Shown here one piece after another: positions 1-9,969 of a DNA stretch of 64,000 bases (positions are counted from its first letter, which is position 1; every line of letters begins with the position of its first letter). Source of the DNA: Granulicella sp. (GTDB taxonomy: Bacteria > Acidobacteriota > Terriglobia > Terriglobales > Acidobacteriaceae); NCBI GenBank assembly GCA_027339965.1, contig DAHWNL010000078.1, forward strand, positions 1 to 64,000, in the 5' to 3' direction. Made by a program: the position numbers and the translations under genes. Below the pieces are notes generated by a model, which worked only from the letters and a program-made list of their open reading frames with translations, had not been told where the DNA came from and made no database searches.

Positions 1-1
1 G

Positions 2-1006
2 GCTATCGAACCCGGCCTGCGTTTTGACTGGGACGAGATTGTGCGCCGCCCGCTCTACTCTCCACGCTTCGCCGCGGTCTTCGCTCCGGGCAAAGTTCCT
101 TCCACCAAGATCTCCGCCGGCATCGGCGTCTACTACGAACACACCCAGCTCTCGTATCTGGAAGAGGCTCTTGACGGGCCACGCTACGATACCAACTACG
201 CCGCAGACGGAGTCACCCAGATCGGCCCCGTCTATACAACCACATTTACCGCGGACTACAGTCAGCTACGTGCGCCACGAGTCATCAACTGGAGCGTGGA
301 GCTGGAGCAGAAGCTGCCGTTCTCCACCTATGCCACGTTCAGCTACATGCAAAAAAGAGGAAAGGACTTTCTGGTCTTCGCTGATCAGAACCTCCCCTCT
401 TTTTTTGGCAACTATGTACTCACCAATCAGCGCACCTCGAACTACCACGCCGAGACCATCACCTTGCGCCACAACTTTCCGCACGGCTACGTGATTTATG
501 GCGCCTACACCCGATCCGAGGCCACGACGAACGCGGCCGTAACGTATTCACCCACGATTGGCGAACTCGGACCCCAGCAGCCCGGCCCCGAAGCATGGAA
601 CGTTCCCAACCGGCTTCTTGCCTGGGGATGGCTCCCCACATTCCTGAAGGAATGGGACTTTGTTTATGCCCTCGACTACCGAACCGGCCTGCCCTATACC
701 GCCATCAACGCGGACCAGGTTGTCGTCGGCAAGCCAAACTCGTACAGCTTCCCCGTTTACATGTCGCTCAGCCCTGGCGTTGAGTGGAAGTTTCACTTTG
801 GCGGCTATTACTTTGGCCTGCGCGGCTTTTTCGAGAACATCACGAACCGACAGAACCCCACGGTGATCCAAAACAACGTGGACTCTCCCGAGTTCGGCGT
901 CCCGACCGAACCTCTGGGCCGGGCCTTTACGGCACGCATCCGCCTGATCAGCACAGACCCCAACAAGGCTGCTCACAAGAGCTGGCTTAGCCGCTTCTTC
1001 AAATAA
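2..1006 (+). CDS. TonB-dependent receptor-like outer-membrane protein, C-terminal part (5' end lies outside the window)
   Basis: Frame is open from base 2 (AIEPGLRFDWDEIVRRPLYSPR). It has amphipathic beta-strand patterns and ends in the acidobacterial TBDR-like ...ENITNRQNP...GRAFTARIRL. Confidence 0.7.
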   Translation, partial: AIEPGLRFDWDEIVRRPLYSPRFAAVFAPGKVPSTKISAGIGVYYEHTQLSYLEEALDGPRYDTNYAADGVTQIGPVYTTTFTADYSQLRAPRVINWSVELEQKLPFSTYATFSYMQKRGKDFLVFADQNLPSFFGNYVLTNQRTSNYHAETITLRHNFPHGYVIYGAYTRSEATTNAAVTYSPTIGELGPQQPGPEAWNVPNRLLAWGWLPTFLKEWDFVYALDYRTGLPYTAINADQVVVGKPNSYSFPVYMSLSPGVEWKFHFGGYYFGLRGFFENITNRQNPTVIQNNVDSPEFGVPTEPLGRAFTARIRLISTDPNKAAHKSWLSRFFK

Positions 1007-1208
1007 AACCTGCCTTGTGGGGAGAGGTGCTCCTTCGCAGGCACAGTAGGCCGAGCGCTTGCCCGCAATCCCTCAAATCCCGAAGAGACAAGCCACCCGT
1101 ACGGACCAGAAACGTCAGCCCACATCGCTCATCTTCAGGGAGCCACAGAGTCTTGACGGAGTCAATGCGCCGCCCGGACTCTGCTCAATGCCATCGCAGG
1201 GGGAATCT

Positions 1209-1284
1209 TGGTGAGCGGGCTGGGGCTCGAACCCAGGACCAACGCCTTAAAAGGGCGATGCTCTACCAACTGAGCTACCCGCTC
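1209..1284 (-). tRNA. tRNA-Lys (anticodon TTT), CCA encoded
   Basis: Reverse complement reads GAGCGGGTAGCTCAGTTGGTAGAGCATCGCCCTTTTAAGGCGTTGGTCCTGGGTTCGAGCCCCAGCCCGCTCACCA (76 nt), with D-arm, TTT anticodon loop, GTTCGA T-loop and 3' CCA. Confidence 0.97.
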
Positions 1285-1339
1285 GCTCTTGATCTAAGGT
1301 AGCACGGATCCCGCTGCAAAAGCTCCGCCAGCGATGCCG

Positions 1340-2971
1340 TCACCTGTGCTCTGCGGCCACAAGCCTGCACACCTTGATCACGCCGTTGTTGTAAGGGCAT
1401 GGGTACTCTGTCGCGGCAGAGGCGTGCAGCACCATCCAGGTAACGCCAAGCGGAAGCAGGCGGGCATCGCGCTCGGCGTCGGTCTCCGTTGAGAGATTTC
1501 TCTGGGCTTCGGATCCCCGCCACCATTGCTCGGCCAGGCTTGGCGTGATTGCCGCTTCCCCGCCGTCCTTGGAGTAGTCCGGCACAGCGCTGCGCTGAGC
1601 GATCGGCCGGAACGTCTGCGCGTCCTCCCCATCCTCGTTGACGTACCTGGCATCCATGGCAAAAAGGGCATCCGGCGGCGTGTTCTTCCGGCACCACAGG
1701 AAAGCTTGCACCCAAGGGTTCGGGCTCTTTTGAACTCGCCATGGAAACTCGATGTGCTCGGATGCCGGGTAGGTCTGGCGCTGAGCGTAGAACATGATCG
1801 CAGCCAGGCAGCAGATAGCGGCAACAAGCGCACCGGAGAGAGCCTTACGCGTCAAACTCGTGCGCATAAGCCGGCGCGCCCCCAGCGCCAGCTCCATCAC
1901 CTTGGCCCCGAGCAGTAAGGCCATTACCGCATAGATCAGCAGGTAGACGCGCAGCGGCTGCATCCGCGCCACCAGGTGAGTCTGGCTTCCCTGCCGAGCG
2001 AAGATCGTTGCCACCAAGGCAGCAATGCACCCCAGGGAAATCCCCGCCCGAGAGAGTGCCTCTGCGGTTTGATTCCATCGGTCGGATCGTTCGCGGTAAC
2101 CACGAAGGAGCAGAGCAAGTATGGCCACAGGCCCCACAAGACCCAGCAACTCATACCAGTGCCAATGAAGGGCGAACCAGTAGTAACGGGACATCTCCGC
2201 AGCCACCAGCGCTGGCGTCTCCGCCGGAGCAAATACATGGAGTGCAGCAGCCAGCAACAGCGCAGAGGCAGCCAGGACGGTGTAGCCCAGGTAGGGCCGG
2301 CGCAACCTGCTGACGACCAGGACCACCAAAAAACCGAAGGCGTAGGCAGCCATCAAAGGATGAAAGGCTGCCGCCAACGCCAGGCACAGCCCGGACCACG
2401 CCAGAGAGCGAACCACCCTATCCTGCTGCGGATCGAAGTCGAGCGCAAACGCAAGCGCCAGCATCGACAGAGGCGTTGAAAAGCTGCGCGCCGTAACATA
2501 AGGATCCATCAACAGCAACGAAGTACCCGCAATGGGCAGAGACCAAAACGCCGACAGGAGAGCCAGCCCGGCAAGTCGTGCGGCCTCCTCAACAACCGTG
2601 CGTTGCAGAATGCGAAGCCCTGCATAGAGTGTCAGCCAGATACTGAACAGGTCCGCCAGCATCAGCACCCATGGGAGCGATAGGTGCGTGCGCCGCACCA
2701 CCCACGCCACTGCGGGAGCAAAGATGGAGTAGCGCAGGGGCTCATGGACAAAGACCCTGTAGTGCGGAAACAGCGAAGGCTTTAGCGTTAGTTGGACACC
2801 GGCGACATACAGGCCACCATCTTCCGACCATGGGTGGTAGCCGTTGATCAGCAGGGTAACCATTGTCAGCAAGGGCAGCCAAAGCAGCCAAAGCTGCCAT
2901 TTCGAACCCGGCCGCCATGGCATTCGTGCTGTGGAAAGGTGGGCCGCTCCGGCCGAATCCGCGAGTTGCAT
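1340..2971 (-). CDS. Polytopic membrane protein, possibly GT-C-like / cell-envelope modification
   Basis: More than 10 hydrophobic segments, an N-terminal GYHPWSEDGGLY loop and a soluble C-terminal domain. Start placed at ATG 2971, 7 nt after a TACACT -10-like hexamer. Confidence 0.6.
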   Translation of the reverse strand: MQLADSAGAAHLSTARMPWRPGSKWQLWLLWLPLLTMVTLLINGYHPWSEDGGLYVAGVQLTLKPSLFPHYRVFVHEPLRYSIFAPAVAWVVRRTHLSLPWVLMLADLFSIWLTLYAGLRILQRTVVEEAARLAGLALLSAFWSLPIAGTSLLLMDPYVTARSFSTPLSMLALAFALDFDPQQDRVVRSLAWSGLCLALAAAFHPLMAAYAFGFLVVLVVSRLRRPYLGYTVLAASALLLAAALHVFAPAETPALVAAEMSRYYWFALHWHWYELLGLVGPVAILALLLRGYRERSDRWNQTAEALSRAGISLGCIAALVATIFARQGSQTHLVARMQPLRVYLLIYAVMALLLGAKVMELALGARRLMRTSLTRKALSGALVAAICCLAAIMFYAQRQTYPASEHIEFPWRVQKSPNPWVQAFLWCRKNTPPDALFAMDARYVNEDGEDAQTFRPIAQRSAVPDYSKDGGEAAITPSLAEQWWRGSEAQRNLSTETDAERDARLLPLGVTWMVLHASAATEYPCPYNNGVIKVCRLVAAEHR

Positions 2972-3104
2972 GGGTTCCAGTGTAGACGCAGCAGGACGGT
3001 ACAATACAGAGTGGCTGACCGACAAAGATACCCACCGAAGAACCGGTTGCGGTTGTCTCCGTCCAAGCCTCATTTGAACCACTCCATCCGACCGAAGTTG
3101 GCCA

Positions 3105-4217
3105 ATGAGCAAAGATCAACTTGATGAACTCGACAGTGTTGGCCAACTTCCGGAGACGCAGGGCGCCCTGCTTGAGGCTCGGCCGGCGGCGCAGGAACAT
3201 CCAAAGCATCTGCTGAAAACCCTGCCCGGGCTTGCCATCAGCGCATTTTTTCTTTGGTGGACCTTCCGCGGATTCAAGCTGGCCACGCTGGAGAGCGTCC
3301 GGCTGGTTGCGCCCCTGTGGATCCTCGGGCTGCTGGCTGGAACCTGCATGAGTTACGGGCTCAGGTCCTATCGTTGGTGGCTGATGATGCGCAGTGCAGG
3401 ATCTCGCCTTTCTACCTGCTTCCGCGTGCTCATGACCTCGCTGGCCGCCAATAACATCCTGCCTCTGCGCATCGGCGATCTGATGCGCATCTTCACCTAT
3501 GCGCCGGACCTCAATGCCTCACCCTCCACCATTCTGAGCACAGTAATTCTAGAAAAGCTTCTGGATGTCTTCACTCTGGTGGTGCTGCTGGTGGCGACCG
3601 CACACACCGGCAGGGGGCTGCCCACCAAGACCAGAGTTCTGGTCAAGAGTTTGCTGTTGATCTCCGCCGCGGGGCTCCTGGTGATGATCATCGGCTCGCG
3701 AGCGTTGGTGCGGCCCGTGAAGGCGATCTTTGCCAAGCTCCCGCCGGGTCTGGCCAAGCTTCACAAGATCGAACATTGGCTACTGTTGGCGCTGGAAGTC
3801 ATCCGGAAGATCGGGACCGTAGGCATGATTTGGCTGTTTATCCAGAGCCTGGTGATCTGGCTCAGCGAGAGCCTGCTGTACTTTTCGGCCATGCAGATGA
3901 TCGGCATCCGGACCGAGCTTGGAACGCGCCTGGATTGGGGGGCCTCCCTGCAGACCGTATCTCTGGCCAACTTCGCCTTTCTCGTGCCCAGCGCTCCGGG
4001 AGGCATCGGTCCGTTCGAGTGGGCCTGCAAGGGTGCGCTGGTGATCCACCGCGTTGCGCCCTCTGCAGCTCTGCTGTTTGGTCTGCTGATTCATTTCTGG
4101 CTGCTGGTCTCGATTACCGGCGTCGGCGGAGCTTTGTTCCTTGTCCACCGGCTGCATCGCGCACGGCGTAAGCCCTTGCTGGAAGAGATTGATACTCTGC
4201 CTGCTGAGATGCCATAG
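3105..4217 (+). CDS. Lysylphosphatidylglycerol synthase TM-domain (UPF0104 flippase-like) protein
   Basis: Motifs RSYRW, NNILPLRIGDLMR, EKLLD and PSAPGGIGPFE; multiple TM helices. Confidence 0.85.
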   Translation: MSKDQLDELDSVGQLPETQGALLEARPAAQEHPKHLLKTLPGLAISAFFLWWTFRGFKLATLESVRLVAPLWILGLLAGTCMSYGLRSYRWWLMMRSAGSRLSTCFRVLMTSLAANNILPLRIGDLMRIFTYAPDLNASPSTILSTVILEKLLDVFTLVVLLVATAHTGRGLPTKTRVLVKSLLLISAAGLLVMIIGSRALVRPVKAIFAKLPPGLAKLHKIEHWLLLALEVIRKIGTVGMIWLFIQSLVIWLSESLLYFSAMQMIGIRTELGTRLDWGASLQTVSLANFAFLVPSAPGGIGPFEWACKGALVIHRVAPSAALLFGLLIHFWLLVSITGVGGALFLVHRLHRARRKPLLEEIDTLPAEMP

Positions 4218-4363
4218 GCGCCGGTGGAAGGGCGCGCTGAGGCAGCAGGCGACGCGCGGCAGCGAGGCTGCGCCATGGATTGGAGCACTCTCGGCTGAAA
4301 CTGTATCTTTCAGGCAAGAGGCCAGGTAAAAGCAGGTAATCAAAAGATCGGGAAAGAACAAGC

Positions 4364-6412
4364 ATGTATCGGATCTTGCAGTTAGAAGTGCAGACAAAAA
4401 TCGAGGATCTCCTGAAGGAGCGCTACGGGATCTCCCTGGCGAATCTTGCCATGGAGCTGCCTCCCAAGATCGAACTGGGTGAGATCGCCCTGCCGCTGGC
4501 TTTTGAGCTGGCCAAGCGGTTGAAGAAGGCTCCCCGCCTGATCGCACAGGAGATCCAGTCCGCAGTTGCAGAGATTCCGGGCATATCCAGCGTGGAGATT
4601 GCCGGCGCGGGCTATCTGAATCTCAAGCTGGACCGCCCATCCCTGGTGAAGCGCATGGCCGCAGACCAGCACACCGTCTTAGGCGGCAGCGGATTCCGGC
4701 TGGTGGAGCACACCAGCATCAATCCCAACAAAGCGGCGCATGTGGGGCACCTGCGCAACGCAATATTGGGAGACACTTTTGCGCGAATGCTCAAGCAAGA
4801 TGAGTACAAGCCGGGATGGGAGGTCGGCGTCCAGAACTATATCGACAACACGGGTGTGCAGGTTGCCGATATTGTGGTTGCCGTTACCCATCTGCTGGGC
4901 ATGTCCCTGGATGGCGTCCGCGCCTGGATGGAGGAACTGCGCAGCAAAGGCGTGCGCCTGGATTATGCCTGCTGGGATCTCTATGCGCAGGTCTCACAGT
5001 GGTACCAGGAAGATGCGCCACGCGTGGCCGAACGGCGCCAGCTTCGCCTGGACACGTTGCACGCCATTGAAGCAGGCGGAAATGAGCTGGCAGAGATTGC
5101 GGATCTGGTCGCCACCGGCGTGCTACGCAGGCACCTGGAGACCATGGAGCGGCTGGGCATCGAGTATGACTTCCTGCCTCGCGAGAGCGAGATCCTCCAC
5201 CTGCACTTCTGGGAGGCGGCTCGATCCTTGATGGTGGAGCGCGGGGTCCTCTATCTCGAAACGGAAGGCAAGAACAAGGGCTGCTGGGTGATGCTGCGCG
5301 CCATCTCCGCAGCCGCCGGCGTTGAGCTCTCTGCCGAAGGGCCGGATGAAGACGCCAAGATCATCGTTCGTTCCAATGGAACCGTCACCTATGTTGGCAA
5401 AGATATCGCCTATCATCTTTGGAAGTTCGGCCTTCTGGGCAAGGAGTTTGGTTACGCGAAGTTCCGCAGCTACCCTTCGCACGCCTGCTGGGTGTCAACC
5501 ACGCGCGGAGCCGGCGCAGGATCAGATCGTCAGCCGGCTTCAGACCCTCACCCGGTTCGCGGCTTTGGCCATGCCGACGCCATCTACAATGTCATCGACT
5601 CGCGCCAGGACGATCCGCAGACCCAAGTCAAAGAGTCCCTGCGCGGGTTGGGTTACGCCGAGGAGAGCAATGCCTACACCCATCTGAACTACGCCTTTGT
5701 CGGCCTTACGGCTCGCACCGCCCAGGAGCTTGGATACGTGCTCAGCGAGGAAGAAAAAGCCCGAAACTTCATCGAAGTAAGCGGCCGCAAAGGCTTCGGG
5801 GTCAAGGCAGATGACCTGATCGACCGTATGATCGAAGCAGCCCGCAAGGAAGTGGACACACGCCACCCGGAGCTGGAACAGCCCGAGCGCGCCGAGATTG
5901 CCCAGACCATTGGTGTGGGCGCTCTGCGCTACTTCCTTCTGCGTTTTACCCGTAATACCGTCATCGCCTTCGACTTTCAGGATGCATTGGCCTTTGATGG
6001 AGAAACGGGGCCCTATGCCCAGTACGCCGCCGTCCGGGCAGCCAATATCTTCCGCAAGGCCGGGGTTGAGGAGACCGAAGCTCTCAAGGCCATCGAGTTT
6101 CTTGATCCAAATCAGGATCTGGCTCCGCTGCTGGAGGGCGACGAGGGCGCCGGAATCTGGGAGGTCTGGCTCACCGCATCCCGCCTGTCACTGGTTCTGG
6201 AGCAAGCCATCGCCGCCGCCGAGCCCGCCATCTTGGCGCGGTATGCCTTTCTTCTGGCGCAGCAGTTCAATAACTTCTACCATCGCCATCACATCCTCAC
6301 CGAAACCCGTCAGACCCGAAAGACGCTGCTTCTGGCTACCGCCGCGGTGGCCCGCAGAGAACTGGTACGCGTTCTGCGCTGGCTTGGCATTGGCGTACCC
6401 TCCGCGATGTAG
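4364..6412 (+). CDS. argS: Arginyl-tRNA synthetase
   Basis: EHTSINPNKAAHVGHLRN (HIGH-type motif), VSGRKG (KMSKS equivalent), DALR anticodon-binding domain (FDGETGPYAQYA, FNNFYH). Confidence 0.96.
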   Translation: MYRILQLEVQTKIEDLLKERYGISLANLAMELPPKIELGEIALPLAFELAKRLKKAPRLIAQEIQSAVAEIPGISSVEIAGAGYLNLKLDRPSLVKRMAADQHTVLGGSGFRLVEHTSINPNKAAHVGHLRNAILGDTFARMLKQDEYKPGWEVGVQNYIDNTGVQVADIVVAVTHLLGMSLDGVRAWMEELRSKGVRLDYACWDLYAQVSQWYQEDAPRVAERRQLRLDTLHAIEAGGNELAEIADLVATGVLRRHLETMERLGIEYDFLPRESEILHLHFWEAARSLMVERGVLYLETEGKNKGCWVMLRAISAAAGVELSAEGPDEDAKIIVRSNGTVTYVGKDIAYHLWKFGLLGKEFGYAKFRSYPSHACWVSTTRGAGAGSDRQPASDPHPVRGFGHADAIYNVIDSRQDDPQTQVKESLRGLGYAEESNAYTHLNYAFVGLTARTAQELGYVLSEEEKARNFIEVSGRKGFGVKADDLIDRMIEAARKEVDTRHPELEQPERAEIAQTIGVGALRYFLLRFTRNTVIAFDFQDALAFDGETGPYAQYAAVRAANIFRKAGVEETEALKAIEFLDPNQDLAPLLEGDEGAGIWEVWLTASRLSLVLEQAIAAAEPAILARYAFLLAQQFNNFYHRHHILTETRQTRKTLLLATAAVARRELVRVLRWLGIGVPSAM

Positions 6413-6529
6413 CCTGCCCAGCTCGCAGGTGTCTCCCGGGGCGCTCAGAAGCTGGCCTCGACGCCGTCCTGCTCTCTGATTGGCGTCCCGTGAGCCGCCT
6501 CGACGGGAACCATCCTTTCCCGTCAACCG

Positions 6530-6882
6530 CGCGTAGCGGATCGACAGGCCATGACGGTGCATGAAGGTGCGATGGCGGATGGTGATGTTGCGGCTGAGCA
6601 AATCATTTCCGGTCGAGTCCGGCGCGCCTGACCTGATGGCGATATCACCATCCCCCACTTCGGCGCAGACGTGATCGATGACCAGAAGCGTAGCTCTCTT
6701 CTCGATGGGAGGTTCATGTGGCTCTGCAAAACGATCGGAGCACTCCGATAAGTTTCGAGAGGCGGCAGCACCATGCCACATCCTTTCTCTGCATAGGCAT
6801 CCACGGCGGCCTGAAGGGCGTTGGTATCCTTGGTCATCCCATCGCTGTTGGCTCCATAGCTCTGAAGGTTGCAGACCACCAT
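6530..6882 (-). pseudogene. Glycoside hydrolase family 28 (polygalacturonase) remnant
   Basis: N-terminal SYGANSDGMTKDTNALQAAVD...YRSAPIVLQSHMNL, then a frameshift near 6708 into IEKRATLL. This is joined directly to VIDHVCAEVGDGDIAIRSG...RNITIRHRTFMHRHGLSI, a degraded version of the GDD/HGLSIG GH28 motifs. Confidence 0.75.
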
Positions 6883-6925
6883 CCCCTGCGCAATCTCGGC
6901 GGGACGCGCCCCGAGCCGTGAATGT

Positions 6926-7693
6926 TTAATTCGATGGGGTCCCGCTGGATATCTTCCGGCATCTTGTCGGAGGGGGCGCGGATACCGGCGCAGCGGTTCT
7001 TTCCTTGTTCTGCGATGACTCCGCCAGATGCAGATGCCGCTCCATCAACCTGCGCGCCTCATTGGCTTTCCCGGCCCGAATGGCGCGATAGATGGCCCTG
7101 TGCATCTCGGCTGACTCTCGCAGGTCCAGGGAGTGCTCCACGGTCTTGCGCCGGTCTTCGTAGAGGGCAGAACTCACCGTCTCCATCAAGGCAGCCAGAA
7201 CCGGGTTGCCGGAGGCCTGGGAGATCATGCGGTGAAAGAGAACGTCGTGCACCAGATACTCCGAAGGGCAGTCGATGGCGGCAAACATCTCCACCACCTC
7301 CTCGGAGAGTGCGGTGTAGTGCTCCGGCCGGCTTCGCTCGGCCGCCAAACCGGCCAGGTGACTCTCGAGAATGAGGCGCGCCTCAAACATCTGCCAAGGC
7401 TGGAATCCGTGCAACGCACCCATAATGCTGAGACTGGCCTTATCGAACTCTGCTGGACCGTTGGCCACAAAAGTTCCCACTCCATGGCGAACCTTCAAAA
7501 CTCCCATGGCGGCGAGATAGTTTATCCCCGTTCGAAGACTCGCTCGGCTCACCTTCAGTGAGCGCGCAAACTCCCGCTCAGAAGGGATCTTCTCACCCGG
7601 CTGCAGCGCTCCACTCTCCAGCAGGGATCGTATATGGTTGACCACCTGCATCGTCCGGCAGGACCCCGGGTTCGCTTGCTTCCTCTCTGCCAT
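6926..7693 (-). CDS. FadR/GntR-family transcriptional regulator
   Basis: wHTH motif PGEKIPSEREFARSLKVSRASLR...GVGTFV followed by an FCD domain (FEARLILE, DVLFHRMI...SGN). Confidence 0.92.
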   Translation of the reverse strand: MAERKQANPGSCRTMQVVNHIRSLLESGALQPGEKIPSEREFARSLKVSRASLRTGINYLAAMGVLKVRHGVGTFVANGPAEFDKASLSIMGALHGFQPWQMFEARLILESHLAGLAAERSRPEHYTALSEEVVEMFAAIDCPSEYLVHDVLFHRMISQASGNPVLAALMETVSSALYEDRRKTVEHSLDLRESAEMHRAIYRAIRAGKANEARRLMERHLHLAESSQNKERTAAPVSAPPPTRCRKISSGTPSN

Positions 7694-7825
7694 CAAACCA
7701 CCTGTTTTTGCGAAATGAACCCGGAGATCGCCATTCATCAACACTTTAGCAGCGCAAGACGGCAGAGAGAAAGGGTCATCTCGCCGCCTTCTATGGCCTC
7801 GGTGCGGCCTACGATTGCGGAACAA

Positions 7826-9793
7826 TCACCTGCGGTTCAGGCCGGGTCGTCGATTCGAGGGCCGAATGGAAGCCACTCGGCGCAAGCCTCGAACCGAGCT
7901 ACACAACCAGATGTTGTCCGCAGCATAAAGGTTCTCAAGGGTGAGAACGCGCTCCTCGGCATGACCCAGGCTCTCCAGCAGGAGGCGACGCATCACTCCC
8001 GGCAAAACGCCGCATGTCACGGGAGGCGTGTACCAGCGGCCCTCGTTTTCGAGAAAAAGATTGCTGATGGCGCCCTCGGTCAGCTCCCCGAGCTCGTTGA
8101 GGAAAAGAATCTCATCGCAGCCCTGGGCGCGGGCCTTAGCCAGCTCCTGATCGTAGACGGAACGCAGGGTTGTCTTGTGGCGAAGGAAGGGATCACTGGA
8201 GTCGGTGCGGGTCTCAGAGATCATCACCCTCAGCCTGGCCTGCTCGCCCGTCGATGAAACTTCCAACGGCTGGCTGGTGATCCTAGGAACTCCATCCGGG
8301 CCAAGGAGGAGACGGACACGGTGCGCCACAGCAGGATCCAGCGAATCCCCAAACTCCTGTAACTGGGCCTCCACGGCGGAGCGGTCGAAGACGAACTGAA
8401 AGTGCAAGCAGGAAGCGGCCAGGCGGTCCAGATGGAGGCAGAGGCGCTGAAAGGAGCCAACCCAGAGCATGGTTTCAATCAGTTGAAAGGTCTTCTCAGG
8501 TCGGCAGAGGAAAGAGGCTTTCAGCAGGCACTCCCGGTACTCCTCTTCAGCCACGGAGTCGGCGACGATTCCACCGCCAACGCCCATTTGACCCCTCATC
8601 AAACCTTCTTCCTGACGCAGCACCAGCGTGCGAATGGCAACACTGAAGACAGCATCGCGATTGGGAGCCATGAAGCCAATCGCGCCGGAGTAGACACCGC
8701 GGGGACGCGACTCCAACTCGCCGATGATCTGCATCGTTCGCACCTTGGGCGCTCCGGTTATGGAGCCGCAGGGAAACAGGCTGCGAAAAATCTCGTAAAA
8801 CGAAATTCCGTTGCGCAAACTTGCCGAGATCGTTGATGTCATCTGCAAAAGGGTCTGGTAGCGCTCTACCGAGAAGAGCTCCTCCACCCGGACACTCCCC
8901 GGCTGGCTGATGCGGCCCAGATCGTTGCGCAGAAGATCAACGATCATCACGTGCTCACTGCGGTTCTTCTCATCCTGCTGCAGGCGCAAGGCCGCATCCC
9001 TGTCTCCGGCCTCATTCGGGCCTCGGGGCATCGTTCCCTTCATCGGACGGGTTGTGATCCGGCCAGCGTCAATACGAAAAAAGAGCTCTGGCGAAAAAGA
9101 AAGAATCCTGTGCCCCTGCAGGTTGAGAAGAGCCGCGTAGCTCACCGCTTGACGCCCGAGAAGGGAGCGGAACAACTCGGCCGCACGGAGCGTCGTGCAG
9201 AACTCGACGGAATCCGTGAAGTTCACCTGATAGGTATCGCCCGCGGCGATATACTCTTGGATCTTCCCGATTGAGGCCACATAGTCCGGAGCTGCAATAC
9301 GCAGCCTGGCCGGCTCTGCACTCTGCTCCAGGCACAAGGATGCTTCTTTCAGCCGACCGTCACCGCCAGGCAACCTTTGCTGCGCGGGCAGCTCCCCGAT
9401 TTTCCCCAGAAAACGGCCGAGTCCGTGATCAAAGATCCACGGCTGCGCGTAGATTCCCATCCAGGCAAGTGGCAGACCATCGGGGGCACGCGTGGAAACC
9501 GCGCTGGGCTCGAAGTGCCCTCCGCATTCATAGGATAGGTACCCGGCCACGTGAAGTCCGTCTGCCAGGGCAGCCTCGATCCGTGCAAAGAGTTGGGGAA
9601 GATCCTGGAGCGAAGTTGCCATTAGAATCTGGCTCGCATCGAGGAAGAGATAGCTATGACGATTGGTGGAATCAAAGCGGGCCGTCTCCAGCAGAATGGA
9701 GTTCGGTTGGCTTTCCGCCAGCAGACGCATCGCCGCCGGAGGCTCCGTCCACGGCTGCGCTGGCTGCTGGCTGGTTTGACTGGCGGGGCTCAT
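7826..9793 (-). CDS. pabB: Aminodeoxychorismate synthase component I fused to ADC lyase (PabB-PabC fusion)
   Basis: GDTYQVNF, RPMKGT, EKNRSEHVMIVDLLRNDL and FPCGSITGAPK motifs, followed by an aminotransferase class IV domain (HKTT, ELTEGAISN, LPGVMR). Start uncertain (9793 or 9865). Confidence 0.9.
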   Translation of the reverse strand: MSPASQTSQQPAQPWTEPPAAMRLLAESQPNSILLETARFDSTNRHSYLFLDASQILMATSLQDLPQLFARIEAALADGLHVAGYLSYECGGHFEPSAVSTRAPDGLPLAWMGIYAQPWIFDHGLGRFLGKIGELPAQQRLPGGDGRLKEASLCLEQSAEPARLRIAAPDYVASIGKIQEYIAAGDTYQVNFTDSVEFCTTLRAAELFRSLLGRQAVSYAALLNLQGHRILSFSPELFFRIDAGRITTRPMKGTMPRGPNEAGDRDAALRLQQDEKNRSEHVMIVDLLRNDLGRISQPGSVRVEELFSVERYQTLLQMTSTISASLRNGISFYEIFRSLFPCGSITGAPKVRTMQIIGELESRPRGVYSGAIGFMAPNRDAVFSVAIRTLVLRQEEGLMRGQMGVGGGIVADSVAEEEYRECLLKASFLCRPEKTFQLIETMLWVGSFQRLCLHLDRLAASCLHFQFVFDRSAVEAQLQEFGDSLDPAVAHRVRLLLGPDGVPRITSQPLEVSSTGEQARLRVMISETRTDSSDPFLRHKTTLRSVYDQELAKARAQGCDEILFLNELGELTEGAISNLFLENEGRWYTPPVTCGVLPGVMRRLLLESLGHAEERVLTLENLYAADNIWLCSSVRGLRRVASIRPSNRRPGLNRR

Positions 9794-9969
9794 CGTTCTG
9801 CGTAAATCATTGCAGAGTCGCCTGAGCCAGGCAACGAGGCCGGCTGCGCCGGCAGACGTGGCCATGACGGCTTATATACTCAGAGTAGGATCCGGAACAC
9901 GCGCACTGAGCCCAACTGCGCGGCGTCCCAGAACACCAGCATTCTGGAAACTCTCCCGGGGAGGAGTTG

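Noticed and set aside
1007..1284. tRNA-Lys as an island integration site
   Set aside because: No integrase and no duplicated tRNA 3' end seen in the window.
7634..7643. TGGTTGACCA FadR-type palindrome
   Set aside because: Lies inside the regulator's coding sequence and may be chance.
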